58,936 nt of DNA, taken from positions 12,282,944-12,341,879 of the forward strand of contig NC_068995.1 in assembly GCF_001194135.2 (NCBI RefSeq), given 5' to 3'. Source of the DNA: Octopus bimaculoides. Taxonomy: Eukaryota. This document shows, piece after piece, positions 50,237 through 58,936 of the stretch. Under the pieces are notes generated by a model. It did not search any database. It was not told where the DNA came from and was given only the letters and a program-made list of their open reading frames with translations. How positions within the stretch are numbered: position 1 is the first letter of the stretch; each line of letters begins with the position of its first letter. The position numbers were made by a program, and so were the translations under genes.

Positions 50237-51349
50237 TTCTGTGGGGTAAACATCGGAGACCTTACTTTGTGATATTGGAAACAGGCTTCCGCAGCATGTG
50301 TCCCGGCTAATCTTATTTCCTGCTTTTTATCTAGGATGTTATATGTAGCTGGTTCTTTGTTTGAGAGACTGTCTTACTATCTTACCTGAAGGATTTTCAG
50401 GAGACATCTTTTCACTAAGTCTTTGGGGTTATTCACGAGGACCTTTGTGACTCGTTATGTTTCACAAACTTACAGCACAACTGCCTTCACGTTCATATTA
50501 GATATCCTGAGTGCTTTTTTTAACTTTTTTGACAAGGTCCGTGATCGGCAGATGTGGCTTACCATCTTGAATGCAACTGTATCTCATCCAATTCTCTATT
50601 TTATTGTCCATTCTAGTTCAAAGCTACGCAAGAATACTATAGGATGATTACATCATAAACGTATTTGTTCAATGGGTTGCATACTTAATCAGGGCTGACT
50701 TGAGGGTAAACAACAACAAAATCAACAACAACAACAACATGAACAAAAGCAGCAGCACCAATAAAAACAACAACAAAATCTGCTAACCCAAAGATCTTTC
50801 AATTGCGTTTTGCATATGAACGAAATAATAATGACATTTAGTCTTTCATGGTAATTTACAACCCATTTATGATAAACGATATCGTTAGACATGTATTTAA
50901 TCATAGTTATTTTCTAATACAGAAATAGGATACGGATGCCTATCAGATAGTATTTATGAGAGATTGCTAACTCTGCTATCCTATATATATTTCAACTGTG
51001 AATATCATGTATAATTTATCGTTAATATCATATCTATTTAGTCACTGATGTCATCACTGAACTGTGTACTGTTCGTTCGTTCTAATTAATGGTGTGGTGT
51101 TTGATGCATGATTTATTATTGTTCTTTAATATTTGTCGTTCTATCATTCTATCATTCTATCATTCTAGTAGTATGTTGGTTTGGCTGACTGATTGAAGCA
51201 GCTAAGTCAGCTAATTATTAAACACTATATATGCGCGAACATACACGTCTATATTATGAATGAATATATTTATATATTTTTACACTTATACACTGGAATA
51301 TCTGTGTGTATGAGTGTGAAGTATGTGTTAACATGCTAAATTTTACGTA

Positions 51350-51426
<77 letters not shown>

Positions 51427-51578
51427 ATATACACACAAACATACACGCATATACACACACATATATATTTACTTGATTCTATTAACGTATACATCATTAT
51501 ATATAATTCTATAAATGTGTATATATAAATAATTGGATAAATATAAGAAATAATTATATATATATATATAGATAGATA

Positions 51579-51662
<84 letters not shown>

Positions 51663-51801
51663 TTCATCAAGGACGAAAATGCTTTTCTGTCTGTTCCTTT
51701 GAAGGTTTCATAAATATGAAAATAAGTTTTACTAATAAGCTTCTCCAATGTAAATGAAGATATAAGTTATAGTTCTGCATATTAAAGATACCTTAATATG
51801 T

Positions 51802-52188
51802 AGGTGGAGGTGTGGCTGTGTGGTAAGAAGCTTGCTTCACATCCACATGGTTCCTGGATTCGATCTCGCTGCGTGGCACTTTGGGCAAACGTCTTCAACT
51901 AAAGCCTCGCATCGACCAAAGCATTGTGGATGGATTTGGCTGACGGAAACTGGAAGAAACCCGTCGTGTATATATACACATATATGTATAAACGCACATA
52001 TGTGTGTGTATTTGTGTGTGCGTGTGTTTTTGTGTGTTTATGTCTATGTTTGTCCCAATTCCACATCTTGACAACCAGTCCTGGTGTGTTTACGTCCCCG
52101 TATCTTAGCGGTGCGGCAAACGAGACCGAATGAATAAGTATCAGGATGATGATAAAATAAGTACTGCTGTCGATGCAGTCGACTGAAA
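51802..52188 (+). mobile_element. SINE family A, diverged, near full length
   Basis: GGTGTGGCTGTGTGGTAAGAAGCTTGC, GGATTCGATC, GGATTTGGCTGACGGAAACTGGAAGAAACCCGTCG, (TA)(TG) tract, GTTTACGTCCCCGTA.CTTAGCGG. Confidence 0.88.
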
Positions 52189-52934
52189 ATTCTCGCGTGA
52201 GTATGTGCGTGGGCGCGTGTGTGCGTGTATATATGTGTGTATATATGTATTTATGTATGTATTCATGTATTATGTGTGTGTGTGTGTGTGTGTATGTGTG
52301 TATATGTGTGAGTGGGCAAAAGAAAAATATGCTCGACACATTTGGTTAGCAGTTATATGTGTTACTATTATTCAAATCATTTCGATTCGGTTTCATAAGA
52401 CTATAGTTTCGCAGGCTTCTTTAGAGAAACCTAGGTCGTTCGGACTAGCTAAGTTTCCCAAGAGCTCTTTCTGTTTTCATCCGTTTAAGGGCGTTTTTCT
52501 GTTTCACTACCAGATTAGGTGGCATATCTTAGCACTTGTGGCGATCTGGAATTCACATATTGCGAAATCTGTTGGAAGACGTAACTTGTATATATAACAT
52601 ATTTTTTTCCAACACTGCTCCATAAAAAAATGTCACACGTCTCTGACGATTTGACAATATTTCTTGATTAAGTGATTTACATTATATCAATAATAACCTA
52701 CGTTAATGAAATATACGTAGGACTACATAAGTAAATAGCTAGTGAAAAGTCTCTGGTGTTTCACATTATTTTCTACATATACTTTGTATTACACTCAGAT
52801 CCAAGATTCGTAAGAAAGCATATATATATAAATATACATACACCAGACGGAATACGTACGGAGTTCGAAATACTCGTTACTTGTCCTGCAATTTAACATT
52901 TAAGTTACCCTCGAAGAATATATAACTATACATG

Positions 52935-52972
<38 letters not shown>

Positions 52973-53503
52973 NNNNNNNNNNNNNNNNNNNNNNNNNNNN
53001 NNNNNNNNNNNNNNNNNNNNNNNNNNNNNNNNNNNNNNNNNNNNNNNNNNNNNNNNNNNNNNNNNNNNNNNNNNNNNNNNNNNNNNNNNNNNNNNNNNNN
53101 NNNNNNNNNNNNNNNNNNNNNNNNNNNNNNNNNNNNNNNNNNNNNNNNNNNNNNNNNNNNNNNNNNNNNNNNNNNNNNNNNNNNNNNNNNNNNNNNNNNN
53201 NNNNNNNNNNNNNNNNNNNNNNNNNNNNNNNNNNNNNNNNNNNNNNNNNNNNNNNNNNNNNNNNNNNNNNNNNNNNNNNNNATATATATATATATACATA
53301 CAACATATACATGTATATACTTTTAAACATTTTTTACATATTATTTTATATTTTTATATATCTGTATGTGCGTGCGATATATTAATATTCCCTGTTATTT
53401 TGGCCGCTGGATATATGGTTTAATATCATATAACCAATATTTTCCTTCCTCAGTTTCTGTGTTTGTTGATATATATGTGTGTATATATTTATGTATCTCT
53501 CTC

Positions 53504-53583
<80 letters not shown>

Positions 53584-53593
53584 NNNNNNNNNN

Positions 53594-53628
<35 letters not shown>

Positions 53629-53837
53629 GATAGATAGATATATAGATAGATTGATAGATAGATAGAGAAGATAGATAGATAGATAGATTGATAGATAGAT
53701 AGAGAAGATAGATAGATAGATAGATAGATAGGTGAATAAATATAAGTTAATTTCACATGACGATTACTGCATTTTGTGGCGTTTACAAGGCATACCCACG
53801 TTAAGTTGGATGGACAAATTAATAAATATTATGTATG

Positions 53838-53927
<90 letters not shown>

Positions 53928-54524
53928 TACATATATATATATACTTATATGTATATATGTATGTATGTATATATGTACGTATGTAGACATGTATTTATAT
54001 ATATGCGTGTTTACACATAGAAACTCATACACACACACAAATAAATATATATTCATTTTTTATCCTAAATATGTCCAACGGATATAGTTTTAAAATGTTG
54101 TATTTCATATGCTTTAATATCGTATATTATCCCCAAATTGTTCGTGTGGTGCAGCTATAATTTCATATATTTAACAATATTATATAATCAGCCATATTTT
54201 CTGCCTGAAACATTCTGAAATATCTTTCTAAATCTAACTATTATCCCCGCGAAAGTATTAATGTTTTAAAGTCCCGTTAGCAGTTTCAATCCCTTATGCG
54301 TATAGTGACTCGGCCAAACTGCCGCATCTGTCATGACGAACTATCTTCGCGGCCACACAACTTGTTAGACATAGTAACCAAATCTCTTTTGTTTTTAAAT
54401 CATATACTGAACGCAACTCATATTGTTGTCTTAAATATACTATTTTTGATTTAAATACAGGTTTGTCAAATCTGGAGCGCCTATGGATATTACTCTGCTG
54501 GAATCAGGTTTCTCGTGAATATTA

Positions 54525-54689
54525 TACTCTTTACTCTCTTTACTCTTTTACTTGTTTCAGTCATTTGACTGCGACCATGCTGGAGCACTGCCTTTAGTTG
54601 AACAAATCGACCCAAAGACTTATTCTTTGTAAGCCTAGTACTTATTCTATCGGTTTCTTTTGCCGAACCGCTAAGTTACGGGAACGTAA
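54525..54689 (-). mobile_element. SINE family A 3' half
   Basis: Nearly identical to 6066-6220. Confidence 0.9.
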
Positions 54690-54804
54690 TGAGAACCCAG
54701 GTTCGAAATTTCCCCTGATGAAGGCTGGAGGGTATATCAGCCGAAACGTTGTGTTAACAGCAAAAAAGATAAGGACAAATATCTGTCAAATATAAATAAT
54801 GTAC
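54690..54804 (+). mobile_element. PLE-like terminal-repeat fragment, a different family from 21790
   Basis: Short GC-richer block containing a perfect hammerhead core; PLE origin inferred. Confidence 0.5.
54715..54750 (+). ncRNA. Minimal hammerhead motif with canonical core but defective stem I
   Basis: CTGATGA+A; stem II GGCTG-gagggtatat-CAGCC; GAAA-C-GTT with palindromic AACGTT; upstream TTCCC pairs poorly with downstream GTGTT. Confidence 0.55.
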
Positions 54805-54825
54805 AGTCGATCAGTTCGATTAAAA

Positions 54826-54882
54826 TTCCTCAAGGTGGCGCCCTCCTTGGCTGCAGTCCAATAACTGAAACAAGTAACAGAT
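54826..54882 (+). mobile_element. SINE family A-type 3' tail fragment
   Basis: CAAGGTGGCGCC...TGGCTGCAGTCCAATAACTGAAACAAGTAACAGA. Confidence 0.65.
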
Positions 54883-57800
54883 ATAAATTTTTCAGTATTA
54901 TCTCCGTTTTATACGGCAGGGTGTGGTTTCCGCCATATCTTGCTGCTATTTCAACAAGATCAAAAACAGACATCGTGATTTCTTCGTAGGCGTTTTCCTC
55001 TGTTTGTTGTCTGGTCCAGAATACATTGTTTTTTCTTTTTCATTATCTTAGTTTTGTGACCTGTCGGAAATAGATAACAAGTAATAGGAGAACGTTACTT
55101 TCAAAATGTTGACGCTACCTCCGGGAGTGTTAGCTATCTCTCATCTGCTTGTAGCCATAAAACCTGAGCTAAGTACTAGCTGTCATGATCCCGCTTCCTA
55201 CGACAGAGTGAGAATATTGACGTATTGACATTCGCTGCCTGATGATAAAAAAAAAGATATAAATATATAGATAAATATACTGAAAAATAAAGCCAACATA
55301 AAATGGAATTCAGATCTGCGATAAACGGTTAACCGTTCATCTACACAGGCAATAGATCACTACACACAAGTGTAACGAAGTTTTAAAAAATTATACGGAA
55401 CATTAAGAGGTGTAGTTAAAGTAAGAGAAACACGGAGAGAGACAGGATGATAGAGAGAGAGGGGGGGAAGATGTAGAATGAGAGAGAGAAAAGCATCTTC
55501 TTGTCCCTCTATAATAGTTGAAGATAAATAGGTCATGCACGCCTATATGATATTCCGCATCAGTTTTATTGATATCTGGATATATAGCATATATAATTGC
55601 ATTAGTATAAAGGTCATTTTCAATAGCATTCTGCTTAAACGCAACAACAGAGTTATTTGTTTTTGTTTCAAATAAACAGATAATGTATGAAATATATAAT
55701 TGACAAGGATGTCTCTTTGTTTACGTATCTATAATCTAAAATACTATCTATCTATCATTCTATCTATCTATCTACCATCTAGCAGTCTTTTTTCCTGCCT
55801 ATTTATCTATCCATCTCTCTATCTGTTTGTGCATCATTATTCATTAGTTTTGCTGTTAAAATTTCAAGTAGAAAATTTTTGTTAGAGATGACATATACAA
55901 ATGCTCATAAAAATTAATCTTAGCATTTCAAATGATAGTAAAATATGCAGAAGAGATATATTTCAGCAGCCCATTTGAAAAGGTTAAATCGATAACACTG
56001 ACCTCTAGATAATATGTTTTGCAGCTCGTAGTGGTGAAGTTATTGCAAAAGACAACATCTAAACTTGCCTTCAAATATGATTTGTGGATTTGAATTTATT
56101 GCGAAAGAAATAATTAAAACAAAAAGAAAGACAAAAATCTTCTTTTCAGATGATCCATTCATAAATGTCTATGTGTATTTTAAACTTTGGTAAGAATTGT
56201 GAAACAGAATATTCTCAATTTCGTTAAAATTTCCTTGGAGATGTAATATACGATTTGAATAAGCAGGAAGCGCCAAATGAAAAATTCCTACATTTGTTAC
56301 ATAAATATTCCTTTTATACAAAGTCGCCTGTTTTATTATAATGAAAGCATTCAATTATCCATTCTCTAGATTCTGTGCATGTGATCTAACTTTAGGTCAA
56401 TTTAAACAAGAAAAATCACTTCCTTTAAAATCTTTAATTAGCTCTTAGAGTCCATTTAGACTCCTATTCACTGCAGCAATATTGTCAGAATATTGCTCAT
56501 AGATCCAAACCAAAATAAAATCACTTAGCATTTAGGTTTTAAAATATTTATAAGTGCCGCCTTATCTATTGAACTAAACTGATACATCAGTAGTAATTCA
56601 ATATGACATCTTAGAATTTCACTTCTCTGCTCCCTTTATATTTCTTGCGGAATATTAAATTTGCTAGCTTTATTCATAATTTGTAGCATCTACTAAAATA
56701 TGTCTTGTTTACATATGAGTTTTATTCAAAGAGGGTTTGCTGGATCACAGACTATTTCTTCAGATATCGGAGATCTGTGAGATTCTGAAGATAAAGTTTC
56801 TGATTAGAAATTGCTCAGAAATTTCAATGTTTCGCTACCGTTTTATGTATACATGAAAAGCATTTTAAATTAAATTTGAAGTTTTACTTCAATGATTTTG
56901 TTTAGGGAAAACTGTTTTAATGATCAATGGTTACTAGAAACATAGAGTGCATTTATTTCATAGCGAGTTAACCAATTGCATCATGACCCTCGCGTTTAGA
57001 ATAAATAATAACGAAGGATAGGACATCGGAGGTGTAGGGTTAATTAAAATCTTTAAAATACGCTCCAATGTGATGCGATTTTAAGATTGCAGGAAATAAT
57101 TAGCTTCTTATTTCGTATTCTAAGACATACCTGAGTACTGTCTTATTCATGCTGTCAGTCCAACCAAAGATATAAATCACTTTGTATAATTATAAGTAAT
57201 TTCTATCCGTTCTTAGACGTTTAAGGGGAACGTATTTGACCGAGTAGATCTAATAATTAATCACTGGCCGAGAGACCAGCGTTTCGTATCCGCTTCGAAT
57301 CCGTTCCACCAATACAATTATCTGTAGGCGCTTTGCTGTTTAAAAATACAGTGGTCGATATTTAGTAATGTGAAATCACCGTAGTCGATATATAGTTTAC
57401 GTGTGGTCATACCAATATCATAAAACCATTAACGACTCAGTCCACTAAACTGTAAATAGGTGCCACACAGTGCTGATATCATTGAACTCATAAAAAAGTC
57501 GAAATCCTGATATACCAGTATATTTACTTGTTAAAGATATTCCTACAATATCAGAACGAAGATGCAAAATGGAAAGTGGGCATATTTTGCATATTTGAGG
57601 AGATGTTGCTCCCGCATCAACATCCACCCAAACCAGTCATCATCCACGAACTCATTGCTAAAATAACCCCTAAATATACCGGGTGTAACGTTATTGGATG
57701 TACCAATTTTACATATTAAACAAATTTCTGGAAACCGGTACGTAAATATTATTGACCTGAAGGAATGCCGTATTTTGTTATGCAAACGTGAAATACTACA

Positions 57801-58193
57801 AAGTATATCAAACGTTTTTATGAGTCAATACTGTGTTCTACTGTGTTAGCAGTGCTATTATAACATGTGTTAACGTTATCGCTTTAGAGTTTCTATATAA
57901 ATTATAAACAGCACTGATTTAGTTACGTGTCGTATCCAAGATGCCTAATGCAAATAACAACAATCGAGCTCATTTATTTATGTCATGAGTATGTAAGGGA
58001 TCTGAAAATGATACCCATACACTGATATATATATATATATATGTACATATATGAGTGCCAGGGTGTTTCTGCGCTTGTGTCCATCTTTTATCTAGAAGTT
58101 ATTTCAAGGTGGGGTACTGTCTTAAGAACAATTTTAGCCGAATGAATCAACTCCGATACCTTATTTTATATATAGACAGACAGACAGACAGAC

Positions 58194-58228
<35 letters not shown>

Positions 58229-58276
58229 NNNNNNNNNNNNNNNNNNNNNNNNNNNNNNNNNNNNNNNNNNNNNNNN

Positions 58277-58357
<81 letters not shown>

Positions 58358-58361
58358 TATA

Positions 58362-58500
58362 AATACGATGGTCTTCTTTCAGTTTCTCTACCAAATACAC
58401 TCTCATGGCCTAATCGCCCCGAGGCTTTAGTAGAAGATACTTGCCCAAGGTGCTGCACAGTGGGACTGAACCAGAACCATGTTGTTGGAAAATTACATCG
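58362..58500 (-). mobile_element. SINE family A 5' half
   Basis: CTTCTTTCAGTTTCTCTACCAAAT...CCCGAGGCT...AGTAGAAGATACTTGCCCAAGGTGCTGCACAGTGGGACTGAACCAGAACCATG. Confidence 0.85.
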
Positions 58501-58936
58501 CTTTCTTATTGTTCTGTTTTTTGGACAGTAAAAACACAACTATACATGTTCAATTCTGTACTGCCATTTGTTAAATAATGGAACGCACACAGAGAAAATA
58601 CATGTAATTTGCTCGCTACACACACAATCCATAGTGTTGAAATGATTTTAATATTTCATGTTGTTTGTGTAAACAAGAACTGATATTGTAAAAACCATTT
58701 TACAAGCTACAAATATGATATAGTATAGTTATAAATATTAATATATATATATATATATTGATAAATTCTTGTAAAAGAATTCGTCCTATTATTGAAATTT
58801 AAATATATATTATATATATACATATTCTATACACTATTATATATATACATATAAGTGCAAATTCCAGTACTTTTGAGAACGCATTTGTAATTTATCGATT
58901 TGATTATACATGTACACACACACACACACACACACA

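Noticed and set aside
57445-57627. CUB-domain-like ending (LRSD...GFRLFYEF) on the minus strand
   Set aside because: Stops directly upstream, no usable acceptor and no other CUB motifs

Overview
AT-rich animal genomic DNA from a gappy draft assembly (20 N-runs, about 8 kb in total, most flanked by microsatellites). The repeat families and microsatellite load look like an octopus (coleoid cephalopod) genome; this is my recognition, not a database result. No host protein-coding gene, tRNA, rRNA or CRISPR array can be supported, and nearly all long ORFs in the track are microsatellite or N-gap artefacts. The window is an intergenic or intronic transposon graveyard. It holds about 25 copies or fragments of two tRNA-derived SINE families (called A and B here), a third dispersed repeat (D) and mariner MITEs. 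It also holds relics of two DD37D/maT-type transposons, a hAT (Charlie/SPIN-like) transposase, a Dong/R4 RLE retrotransposon ending in (TAA)n, and an RTE/BovB LINE. The most interesting signal is a set of minimal type-I hammerhead ribozyme motifs of the Penelope-associated, dimer-cleaving type at 21829-21865 (+), 38587-38623 (-) and 54715-54750 (+). The first two belong to one repeat family that has U instead of the conserved core A6. Other notable items are a SINE array punctuated by one recurrent 16-nt motif, TAA-associated elements sitting tail-to-tail with SINE tails, and close inverted SINE pairs that could form ADAR substrates. Boundaries are approximate and identities were judged by eye.
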